DNA of 34,458 nt from a virus. Under the pieces are notes generated by a model. It ran no database searches, had not been told where the DNA came from, and saw nothing but the letters and a program-made list of their open reading frames with translations. Positions 1 through 8,951 of this stretch are shown in pieces. Each line of letters starts with the position of its first letter. The stretch's first letter is position 1. Made by a program: the position numbers and the translations under genes. The stretch lies in the IMG/VR virus record IMGVR_UViG_3300044995_000220. One strand, written 5' to 3'.

Positions 1-1456
1 CATTAACGTAGATTCGCGTTGGCTGATTGATATACGACTCGTCATACGTCCACGAGTCGATCATCGACGGCATAATAACGTTACACGCCGGAACCTCACC
101 AAATAGGAACTGTGGCTTTACGGCGTATTGAGCCAATCGAATCGGCTCCATTGGGTTTACTATCGTTCTATCGGTATCGCCATTGCGAGCCGCAGCTTCA
201 TTTGCACGTCGAAGTAACGTTTGAAAAATCTGTTCTTCATCAATTACAGACGAATTAGCTGGCGTTGAAGTTAATCCAGCTTCTTCAAGTAATGCTGAAT
301 CAATAGGGAGATTTGGTCCAATTTCGACCTGGGAGTCAAGCACACGGCGCAATTCGTTAGCAATTTGATTGGCGCGTTCACGCAACTGCTGTTGATTTAC
401 GCTTCTTCGTGTCGTTATCGTTGCTGCGCGGTCATCTAACAAACGCAAAATTTTGCCTTCCTCAGGCTGATTAGGTCCAGCTGGTGCAAGTTGCACTTGT
501 ACGCACGCAGGGTTTGGAATCATCGCAATGTCCATGTAGACAAGTCCAAGCACTTGCTGGAAGAGATTCCAAACAGGCCCCGAGTTGCCAACTTGCGACA
601 CAACTTGTCGCTGCATTGCAATCAAAGCTTGATCACTACGTGCAGCATTGAAAATAGGGAAAACTCCCTGACGATCAACTAGCGTTGCAGCATCTTCAAA
701 GATCGGCAATCGCACCCAACGATTATGAAAACGCATCTTGCGGATGTAGCGTGCAAAAAAATTCATCATAGGCACGGCACGCCGATCGTTCGGTACATCC
801 GATGAAATACATCCCTTAATAACGTTAGTAACCAATTCATACGGCGCTTTGATAAGTGCCGTCGCTTCCTGCGTATCAGCCGCGTCTTCACTTGTAGCTA
901 AAGCATTAGACGCAGCTTGCTGATCTTGCGTACGGGGCGTAACTGCTTCAGCTTGCGCAGCGGTCGTGAGTAAACCTTGGTGGAAGATCGCATATGGATA
1001 GAGTAGCCCTGGCGTTGAAAACCCTTGCGCAAGTACTTCTGGCGAACGCGACGCAACGATGTCATCAACGTTCGTCATGTAGAAAAAGTACAATTGCTGA
1101 AATATATGAATGTTTGCAATGCAACTAAATACAATTGCACGAGAACCCGACGACGATGAAAAACTCCAACCTACAATCTCACCATCAACAAGTAAACGGA
1201 ACGTCGGTGTATCGTTAGCCCATTCATCTAAATAAAAAATCTGTACCGGTACACGATCCTCATGACCAAGACGCTGGATCGTTACATCCGGAACGCAGTG
1301 AATGCGAAATGTTGGAATTTGCCAAACACCATACGAAACTTCGAAACCGAGGATTGGGACTTCGCGTCCGTTGATGTAGCAAACCCACGCAGCAGCGTAA
1401 TTAGGAACATCAGAGAAAATACTGCCAGAACGTGTGGCCGTAGGATCAAAAGTCAT
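1..1456 (-). CDS. Putative baseplate hub / tail protein (3' end runs off the window)
   Basis: Absent from the ORF track. Hand translation from ATG 1456 gives MTFDPTATRSGSIFSDVPNYAAAWVCYINGREVPILGFEVSYGVWQIPTFRIHC...RLLVDGEIVGWSF...; I read about 170 codons and assume the frame continues to the edge. Beta-rich N-terminus and position downstream of the tape measure fit a hub protein. Confidence 0.55.
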   Translation of the reverse strand, partial: MTFDPTATRSGSIFSDVPNYAAAWVCYINGREVPILGFEVSYGVWQIPTFRIHCVPDVTIQRLGHEDRVPVQIFYLDEWANDTPTFRLLVDGEIVGWSFSSSSGSRAIVFSCIANIHIFQQLYFFYMTNVDDIVASRSPEVLAQGFSTPGLLYPYAIFHQGLLTTAAQAEAVTPRTQDQQAASNALATSEDAADTQEATALIKAPYELVTNVIKGCISSDVPNDRRAVPMMNFFARYIRKMRFHNRWVRLPIFEDAATLVDRQGVFPIFNAARSDQALIAMQRQVVSQVGNSGPVWNLFQQVLGLVYMDIAMIPNPACVQVQLAPAGPNQPEEGKILRLLDDRAATITTRRSVNQQQLRERANQIANELRRVLDSQVEIGPNLPIDSALLEEAGLTSTPANSSVIDEEQIFQTLLRRANEAAARNGDTDRTIVNPMEPIRLAQYAVKPQFLFGEVPACNVIMPSMIDSWTYDESYINQPTRIYVN

Positions 1457-1468
1457 TGCTCTTTGATC

Positions 1469-2584
1469 TTAAATAGCAATGTGTACGGCGTACAGCAGTG
1501 CCGCAGCAATGGCACCGCCTCGATCGGCGGGATACTCTGAATGCCACGCGCGATCGAGCAACTCCGCAATTTGCGGTGATATATTCGCATCACGCACAAG
1601 AACTTGAAGTAAGCCAGGCCAAAAAATCTTTACAGCGTCAAGCTTAGCCGCTACCTCAACTGGCGACGCTATGTCATGCGCAAGTAAGTGCGGCGTCTCA
1701 ACAGCGAGAACAGCAGTACCAGGTAGCATCGGTGCAAGCGACGCAAGACTTGACTGTTGCACAGCAGCGTAAAACACAACAGCTGTAGGTGCTGTTGAGC
1801 GCGGCGGTACAAGGGCGTCAAGTGCTGCCTGCCGAAAGATTTCTACGATATCTACTGCTGCCGGACGATCAAGTGCTGTGCGCTGTAGCGCAGGATTCAG
1901 TACGCGCGTAGCGCGTTTCACAGTATAGAACGTCCATGTAAACACCGAAGCAAAGCGACGCTCAGAATCAGGACTAACTTCAATTTTCCAATTTACACTA
2001 ACAGATGCGTCATTATCGTAAGCGCGTCGTGGAACAACTTTAACTGATAGCGCATTGCCAACAATGTTACTGTAGCCTGTAAAGTCAGGTCTCAAAAACG
2101 CACCAGTAATAGAATCATTGATTAGTATGCTGTTGAGCGTCAACGCACTATTTACAAACTGTAAACCAGGATCAACTCGGGCAGCAAGAATAAGTGGAGC
2201 AATTACAGGAACATCGATTTGATTAGGTGTTGGACTCTGTGCAAAAATCACGATGTTACCAACACACACCTCGCGCGTAACAACAATGTCGGACGTCTCG
2301 TCATCTTTGTAAATAACGAATAACTTGATGACAACGCCAGGAGGAGGTGCGTCGATAACCGTAATCGTTATAAACAAATAATCATTACCTACGACAGTCT
2401 CTTGCTCAATGCCCGATTGCGTAAAAATCGTGTTGTCAATCCATGAATAAAACAACGATTGTCCACTAAAAATGACAAGCGATTTATTCGGTACAGAGAA
2501 GTCAATGCCATCTACGCGCACCGTAAATCGATACGGCGCACTCCATAGCTCCTTGTCCTGTAATGAAACCGTAAGTGTAGTCAT
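1469..2584 (-). CDS. Hypothetical virion/baseplate-associated protein (371 aa)
   Basis: Long ORF coupled to the upstream gene (1-nt overlap) in the tail operon; beta-rich N-terminal two-thirds. Confidence 0.6.
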   Translation of the reverse strand: MTTLTVSLQDKELWSAPYRFTVRVDGIDFSVPNKSLVIFSGQSLFYSWIDNTIFTQSGIEQETVVGNDYLFITITVIDAPPPGVVIKLFVIYKDDETSDIVVTREVCVGNIVIFAQSPTPNQIDVPVIAPLILAARVDPGLQFVNSALTLNSILINDSITGAFLRPDFTGYSNIVGNALSVKVVPRRAYDNDASVSVNWKIEVSPDSERRFASVFTWTFYTVKRATRVLNPALQRTALDRPAAVDIVEIFRQAALDALVPPRSTAPTAVVFYAAVQQSSLASLAPMLPGTAVLAVETPHLLAHDIASPVEVAAKLDAVKIFWPGLLQVLVRDANISPQIAELLDRAWHSEYPADRGGAIAAALLYAVHIAI

Positions 2585-3759
2585 TAGCGACTCACAGGAA
2601 GGGGCATACGTGACTGATTTTGGTCGATTGGAGTGTAATTGAGCGTCTCGGGCTGAGAGGAGTAAACCGAAGCTTCAGGGGGCTGAGGATCGCGCAACGG
2701 TACACGAACTGTGCTACTTTGAGCGAGTCCAGGAATGCCGTTTATAACTGACTCAACGTACGACTGATTTAACGAAGGATCGTTAGGATCCAAACGCCGC
2801 AACAATGGCGGTACTGAAGCCAGTGGATCGGAACTAACAGCAGCCTGATTGACACGTGGGTCCACTGTACGGTCCGGTACTGGCGTAACCTCTTCAGTGT
2901 CAGGTGGGATACGTCCTGCTATAGCAATACGTGCACCGGAATTGCGCGGGCGTCCATCATACGGAATCGCATTTGGATCGGCAGCAAACGGCGTAAAGAC
3001 ACGAGTAGGTACCCACCCAATAGTGTAATTTACGAAATCAATGCGCTTGACCAATAACTGAAACGCAAATGGAACATATATTTCAGACGCTGCATTTAGT
3101 GTGAAACTCACACCAATCATCGCGCCGGTAATTACATACGAATCAATCTTCAAATTGATAATCTTTTGTCGACGCGCGAGCTGCGTACCACGCAGAATCT
3201 CTAAATAAAGACGTAGAAAATTAGTTGTTTGATCATCCTGCACAGTATTTAGCAACCACCCCGTAAACGACCAAACCGGAGGTTGTTGCCCAAAGAAAAA
3301 TGCAACATAGTTATCAGCAAGTGTGTCCTTAATATCGACCTTTTCCTGAAGCGGCATCGACGCTTGTGAAATGAAAAAATCAAGATACCCATTCGTCGCA
3401 AATGTCTGATTAGCGCGGACATGCGAATCCTGCGCACCCGCTCCACCGCGTGTACGATTACGTTGACGCTGCGTCGGATCACCAGCAATACGCGGAGCAA
3501 GCTGTTGCTGCGTATGTACATCCGCGATCGACGCAAGAAAAAGGTTCATCTCTGACGCATCAACACGAACAAAAATACGCGCAAGTGTATTGCGAAACAG
3601 GTCGCTACGAAAACCACGATTAACAGCATATTTTGGCGTAAAGCCTTGAAGGTACTCAGCAAACACACCGCCCGCACCGCGGGACGGTGAATACGATGTA
3701 CCACCCCTGCTACCTGAAGACGGAGGGCGATCACGACCAGGAGCGTAGATAGTAGTCAT
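2584..3759 (-). CDS. Putative tail-tube initiator / baseplate protein (391 aa)
   Basis: Two genes after the tape measure. Central beta-rich domain (YVAFFFGQQPPVWSFTGWLLN...PFAFQLLVK) and Pro-rich tail. Function inferred from synteny. Confidence 0.5.
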   Translation of the reverse strand: MTTIYAPGRDRPPSSGSRGGTSYSPSRGAGGVFAEYLQGFTPKYAVNRGFRSDLFRNTLARIFVRVDASEMNLFLASIADVHTQQQLAPRIAGDPTQRQRNRTRGGAGAQDSHVRANQTFATNGYLDFFISQASMPLQEKVDIKDTLADNYVAFFFGQQPPVWSFTGWLLNTVQDDQTTNFLRLYLEILRGTQLARRQKIINLKIDSYVITGAMIGVSFTLNAASEIYVPFAFQLLVKRIDFVNYTIGWVPTRVFTPFAADPNAIPYDGRPRNSGARIAIAGRIPPDTEEVTPVPDRTVDPRVNQAAVSSDPLASVPPLLRRLDPNDPSLNQSYVESVINGIPGLAQSSTVRVPLRDPQPPEASVYSSQPETLNYTPIDQNQSRMPLPVSR

Positions 3760-4010
3760 GTGGTATGCGGTTCCTCAAAATAACGATAAACGAACAAGGG
3801 TCCTCGCTCATTGCATACGTGCTTAGCGAGACGCCAAAGCGATGGAAAAACAAGGTTAGGCGCCGTCGCGTTACGAAAGTTTTCGATGATATTCTCATGC
3901 ATTGCGTTGAGCACATCAAACGCAGTGCCAGGAATAACACTCAAACGCAATGGCGGTAACTCTCTGACTGGCGGATCAGTTGGACTGAAGGCTGTAAACG
4001 GCGCATTCAT
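3756..4010 (-). CDS. Hypothetical protein (84 aa)
   Basis: GGAGG Shine-Dalgarno; ATGA overlaps with both neighbours. Confidence 0.7.
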   Translation of the reverse strand: MNAPFTAFSPTDPPVRELPPLRLSVIPGTAFDVLNAMHENIIENFRNATAPNLVFPSLWRLAKHVCNERGPLFVYRYFEEPHTT

Positions 4011-7000
4011 CGCATTCCTCCAACAAGATTATCTAAACTATAGCCTTGCACTACATCGCGCAAATTCGCAGAAACTTGTCGAAGCTCCCTACTTGCATCT
4101 AGCAGTGCATCTGCACTTGCTCCAATCCCTGAACGACGTGCAGTGTCTTCCATGTTTATATTTTGGTCTTCTTGTATATCTGCGACAGTATCTGCTCGCG
4201 TTGTTCGACGAAGTCTTGCAAGAACTTGTTCGTCCTCACGACCAGAAAACAACGCATCCAAAATTGTACCCATAACTCCACGTTCTTCGCGATATCGCCG
4301 TCGCTCTTCTTCTCCTCGCTCACCTCGTCGTGCAAAATATTCGCGAATTACGGCGTAAGCACGAGTATCCAGTCCACTACTCTGTTGATATCTACGAATT
4401 GCACGAGCCAACTCTGGATTACTTTCAGCAAGCCGATCAATATCTTCCCGATAAGCACCCAAAAGTCGATCGCGTACTTCAGCCTCAGAAAAGTTTTCGC
4501 CAGTAATCCCTCGTAGAATGTGTGCCATAGCGCCCCCGCCTTGTGCCATAGCGAGCACACCAAACCGTATATTGCGAGCACTACGTGCATCTTGCAATGT
4601 GCCTATTGATTGCTCAAGCGTAGTCAGCATATCTCGCGCTGAACTCCGACCTGCTGCATCTACAAACCTACGAGCATTATCTCTATCTTCATCTGTCATC
4701 AAAGAAGCCATCCCTCTTGCGCGGTTATCCAACTGAGCCAATTCCGTTGGACTAAGCCCATTTCTTATAGCTTCGACAGATAGTTCTCGTAGGTAACGCC
4801 GTGCGCGTTGCCCTCGCTCCCCACCTAGACCAGCGACTGCAACAAGTTGCGCACGTACCATCATATAACGGCGAGAAAACTCATGCTTTGCTGTGCCTTC
4901 TCGCCCAATCCCTTCGATGTTTTCAAATTGATGCAAAAACTTCGTTGCATCTTCTACCGACGCACTAGTACCAAGAAGTCTAGATACCGCAGCAGTTTCG
5001 CGCTCTTTTAGGACTGCATTGAAGCCCCCTCCACGACCACCAGTATTTGTGCGTTCCAAATCCTGATATAGCCGTTGTCGCTGCTCGGGCGTCATCACGT
5101 CAAGTGCAGCACCAGAACTTGCCTGCACCGCAAGCGACAAACCACCTTGAGCCAATCGCGCTTCAATTTCAGCTTGAGACATTCCAGCGCGTCGAAGAGC
5201 ATTGATATACGCATTTCTGATCTGCTCTCCTGAAGTAGCGCCAGATCCAAGAATATTTCCAGAGTCAATAATGCCACGTGTCAGGGCCATTGTTCCAATA
5301 CGGAACCCTGCGTTGATACTTATTCCCAAACTACCTACGGGCGTTCGTCCTGCACCACTTGCAAGGTCAGCCAAAGCTTGACCAAATTCTTGTTGCGCAC
5401 GAATACCAGCTTCGCCTTGACCAAACAGCCAAGATACCGATGCGCCAAGACGCTGCCGTTCTAGGTCTGTCGTACTCACAACCAAGCCTGACAAACGGCG
5501 CCCTTCTGCGTAATCACGAAGCTCTCCTCGTCGTTCTGCACGTGAAGTAGTCGCTGCAATAATCGGAGCTGCAAACACATTTAGCAGACTCGACCCTCCT
5601 CGCATTTCTGCTAGGTCGTAGCTATCGCGCAACGCATTCATAACGCCGCCTGTATTTTTGTTGCGCTCTACAGCCTCTTGCCCCACCATCTCCATAAATG
5701 TATCGAACTGCGCGGACGCTCGTCGACGCCGTACACGCCGACGTTCTGCATCAGTCAAGGGCGCAGCATCAATCAAATGCTCAATGTGCAGGGCATGCTC
5801 AATGCCTAGACGAGCTTTTTTGATCCCCGATCGTATGCCGTAAAGGCCTTCTTCAACTCCCGTTTCACGAGCAAGAGTGTCAAATATACCTGGTGCCTCT
5901 GCTTCTCGTTGCCGCAGTTCTGCTGCGCGCGCTTCGCGACGCATTACATTGATCTGCTGTCGTTGCCCTTCAAAATACCCCGCAGAAGACAACTCTTGTG
6001 CACGGGCCAAAGCTTGCGACTGAGACATACCCAACGCTTGCGCAGCTGTCATGAAACCAGCTGACCCCCGCATGTTCATCTGTCGCATGAGGTTTATGAT
6101 TTGGATGTCCTCCACGTTGCGCTGAGAGAACGGACCTTGAGCAGCAATAAGACGGCCAATCTGATCCTGAAGAAATGGCTGCATCGCAATAGCCATTCCA
6201 AGACCTTCAATGCCATAGCGACCAGACATACCCGTCAACACATTTGAACCACGTCCAGTCATCGAAAACAGATCTGCACGACCCGCCAGCAAATTTTCGA
6301 TCGCGCGCTGATTAAGGCCGCCACTCACAGACATCATACCAGGCGCCAACATTGGCAACTGGAGTAGGCCTGCGCTGAACATGTTATTGAGATTCGCAAG
6401 CCCTTGTACCCCGCCAACTAATGACAACATCTGCGGGCTCAGAATGCCAGCATTTTGAGACGCCATCGCGATACCAAAGTTGGCCTCGCCGAGTCGGAAA
6501 CCAAGGCCTTGGCTCAATCCCATTGACTGAAATGTCGCTGAGCCCATGCCACCGCCCGCTTCCGAAAGTTCTTGAAACGTCATGCCTGCCATGCGCGCAA
6601 ACAAACGCCCGCTTTGTACTGCGCTGAGGGTTTCGCTTAGATTCAACCCACTCACACGAAGCGAGCCCATTGTCTCAATTGCGCGCTGAATATCAGGCTC
6701 TTTGGCCAGCTCCATAAATGCATTGACACTCTTTGCAATGTCTCGCACACGGCTGACCATGTCCTCAGGGTTAGTAACCCCTGTCATCAAACCAGCATGC
6801 GCACTAATTTGCGTAATTTTGGCCAGATCTTGTGTGTTAAACCGATCAAAGGTTTCACGACGAAACGCCGCCGAGTTACCAAGGTCAACCAGAGCAGTCG
6901 CCGCTTCTAATGCAGCATGATGGCTGAAACCGGCGCCTGAAGCGTGCAGACTACTACCAAACGGCACAAAATGCGTCGAAAGGTGCTCAATGCCACCTGC

Positions 7001-7705
7001 AAATGCACGCTGCTGAATAGACGGCCCCATGACATAATTCATGTATGCATTCTGCCCAGCTTGTCCGAGGCCACCGAACTCCGAGCCGAAAAAGCCAAGC
7101 GCGCCACCAATCGCTGCGCCCCAGCCACCGCCCAAATTTCCACCTATCGTAGCTCCTACAAGACCTGCAAGAGCATTGGTACCAATACGCGCAAAGATTC
7201 CGCGGCTAGCCGTATGTAAAGAAAACGCACGTTCCTCAGCAGCTTGCGCTTGCGCAATCTGATTGGCATATGGTGTATCGAACATCGAAGGCGGCGCCGC
7301 CGGCCCAAATGGCACAACATGTCCACCCTGTAACCCGGCGTAAATGGGAGGAGGCGACGCATATGGCGGCGAGAAGATTGACGGCGGCCCTACATTACTA
7401 AAACTTGCATAAGGATTAGGGCTAGGATAAGGGTTATATGGCGCGCTTGGCATCTGTGGCTGTAGCACGCCAGTGGGCCCCTGGTACATCGGGGGCATTC
7501 CCGTAACCGTTTGATAAGTGCTGCCTGGAAACGTCTGCGACAGCGCACTCATCGCCGCACCAGGACCACCAGCAGCGAGCATAGCGCTAACTTGTCCCGG
7601 AAAAATTACGGGAGGAGGAACCGCTACAGCCGGAAGAAGCCCGGCCTGCTGTTGCATTGAGTTGTACTGTAGATCAAACGGAGACAAATCCTCGTTCGAG
7701 GGCAT
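4007..7705 (-). CDS. Tape measure protein-like (1232 aa)
   Basis: Long Ala/Gly/Leu-rich helical protein with Gly-rich hydrophobic segments, directly after a frameshifting chaperone pair; Pro-rich N-terminal ~145 aa. Confidence 0.75.
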   Translation of the reverse strand: MPSNEDLSPFDLQYNSMQQQAGLLPAVAVPPPVIFPGQVSAMLAAGGPGAAMSALSQTFPGSTYQTVTGMPPMYQGPTGVLQPQMPSAPYNPYPSPNPYASFSNVGPPSIFSPPYASPPPIYAGLQGGHVVPFGPAAPPSMFDTPYANQIAQAQAAEERAFSLHTASRGIFARIGTNALAGLVGATIGGNLGGGWGAAIGGALGFFGSEFGGLGQAGQNAYMNYVMGPSIQQRAFAGGIEHLSTHFVPFGSSLHASGAGFSHHAALEAATALVDLGNSAAFRRETFDRFNTQDLAKITQISAHAGLMTGVTNPEDMVSRVRDIAKSVNAFMELAKEPDIQRAIETMGSLRVSGLNLSETLSAVQSGRLFARMAGMTFQELSEAGGGMGSATFQSMGLSQGLGFRLGEANFGIAMASQNAGILSPQMLSLVGGVQGLANLNNMFSAGLLQLPMLAPGMMSVSGGLNQRAIENLLAGRADLFSMTGRGSNVLTGMSGRYGIEGLGMAIAMQPFLQDQIGRLIAAQGPFSQRNVEDIQIINLMRQMNMRGSAGFMTAAQALGMSQSQALARAQELSSAGYFEGQRQQINVMRREARAAELRQREAEAPGIFDTLARETGVEEGLYGIRSGIKKARLGIEHALHIEHLIDAAPLTDAERRRVRRRRASAQFDTFMEMVGQEAVERNKNTGGVMNALRDSYDLAEMRGGSSLLNVFAAPIIAATTSRAERRGELRDYAEGRRLSGLVVSTTDLERQRLGASVSWLFGQGEAGIRAQQEFGQALADLASGAGRTPVGSLGISINAGFRIGTMALTRGIIDSGNILGSGATSGEQIRNAYINALRRAGMSQAEIEARLAQGGLSLAVQASSGAALDVMTPEQRQRLYQDLERTNTGGRGGGFNAVLKERETAAVSRLLGTSASVEDATKFLHQFENIEGIGREGTAKHEFSRRYMMVRAQLVAVAGLGGERGQRARRYLRELSVEAIRNGLSPTELAQLDNRARGMASLMTDEDRDNARRFVDAAGRSSARDMLTTLEQSIGTLQDARSARNIRFGVLAMAQGGGAMAHILRGITGENFSEAEVRDRLLGAYREDIDRLAESNPELARAIRRYQQSSGLDTRAYAVIREYFARRGERGEEERRRYREERGVMGTILDALFSGREDEQVLARLRRTTRADTVADIQEDQNINMEDTARRSGIGASADALLDASRELRQVSANLRDVVQGYSLDNLVGGMR

Positions 7706-7714
7706 ACAAGAAGT

Positions 7715-8140
7715 CTATCGCTTACGCGGAGCTCCGTCGTCACTAAAACTCGCAACTTTTTTAATAGCCTGCGCCTCGCGCACCTTGCGCTCAGCTTCAG
7801 CTTGCGCCTCACGGCGTAAACGTTCTCGCTCAGCACGCTGGTGCTCAGGTGTGTAACGGTCCTGATACAGCTCCGCTTCGTAAAGACGTAACCAGACGTT
7901 GATGTCCTCGTGTAGTAATGCTTTACGCTTAGCGATTTTATCCGGCGCTGTCGTTAATTCTACGAGTTGCCAAATCACTAACTCAAGAAGCCGTGTAAAA
8001 AGTGTTACTTCTGAATATCTAAGATTTTGTTCACGAAAAAGCATTTCCTGGAGCACTGCGTCTTGAAACGAGCCCGCCCGAGGAAGCGGCACACCTGCTG
8101 CCACCGCTTTGGCGCGTACAATCCCCGACGGGCGGATCAA
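7715..8140 (-). CDS. Tail assembly chaperone, frameshift extension (gpT-like part of gpGT)
   Basis: Lies in the -1 frame of the upstream ORF, opens at the slippery site, and has only a TTG start. Confidence 0.7.
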   Translation of the reverse strand: MIRPSGIVRAKAVAAGVPLPRAGSFQDAVLQEMLFREQNLRYSEVTLFTRLLELVIWQLVELTTAPDKIAKRKALLHEDINVWLRLYEAELYQDRYTPEHQRAERERLRREAQAEAERKVREAQAIKKVASFSDDGAPRKR

Positions 8141-8871
8141 AAACCCGCTGGAGCACCCTCACTCAACGCAGCGTAGGTTTTAGCATCGAAGTCGATCAAC
8201 GCACGATAAACAGCTTCAACAATTGGCCCCGCAATGTACTGATCACAAAATGTCAATCGTGCGCGAAAAGCGGCTTCATGTTTCGCCGGATCCTCATCCG
8301 GCGCAGCAGTTGGGAGAATTTTATCCCGAAAACGAACAAGCGAACACGCAAGCTGCACACGCAGCCGCGCTTGATCAAGCACACGTTGATCGAATGAACG
8401 TACTTCATCAAGCGCGTTAGCAACACGTTGATTGGCAGCAGCGTCACGCGATCGAAGCGTGATCTTAAGTCGCCCGTTGTAAAGCGCGTACTCTTTTTCC
8501 CAATAACCCTGTTCCAACACCTTATCGAGAATTTCGTTAGCCTCAGCTTCGGTCAGGCCTGCGTTCTTGATATTGCGCAACCACCGCTCAGCGGGTGTCA
8601 GACTTAAATACTCCTTAGCTTTGGCTCGCGCTTCTTCAATCTGCTTTAGGCGCTCTTCAGGTGTCGCCGCTGGTGGCGCCGCATTGAGTATTTCTTGTGC
8701 AAGTTGATCAGCAGGATTGCGTGGATCAAACACCGGTGCAGACGGTGGCAAAGGTGGTGCGGGGGGTACACCAGGCATAGTTGCCGGCGACGTTGTCGCA
8801 GATGAAGTTGTTGAAGATGACGTTGAGGTCTTTACGCCGTATTCACCAGGGCGACGGATCTCTTCAGCCAT
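8137..8871 (-). CDS. Tail assembly chaperone (gpG-like, 244 aa)
   Basis: AAGGAG SD; ends GCG GGT TTT TGA; lies upstream of the tape measure. Confidence 0.7.
   Translation of the reverse strand: MAEEIRRPGEYGVKTSTSSSTTSSATTSPATMPGVPPAPPLPPSAPVFDPRNPADQLAQEILNAAPPAATPEERLKQIEEARAKAKEYLSLTPAERWLRNIKNAGLTEAEANEILDKVLEQGYWEKEYALYNGRLKITLRSRDAAANQRVANALDEVRSFDQRVLDQARLRVQLACSLVRFRDKILPTAAPDEDPAKHEAAFRARLTFCDQYIAGPIVEAVYRALIDFDAKTYAALSEGAPAGF
8140..8146 (-). other. Programmed -1 ribosomal frameshift slippery heptamer G GGT TTT
   Basis: X XXY YYZ heptamer in the correct phase immediately before the stop of the 244-aa ORF. Confidence 0.8.
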
Positions 8872-8951
8872 TTTGTCTAACTCCTTTACCTAATAATGGT
8901 ATATAGATATAAATCGTACCAAGTTTGTATGTAACCGGGGAGAAGCCCAAG

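Noticed and set aside
491-7856. Plus-strand ORFs over the tail module, and other short antisense or out-of-frame ORFs in the track
   Set aside because: They shadow longer coupled genes and lack RBS or recognisable motifs.
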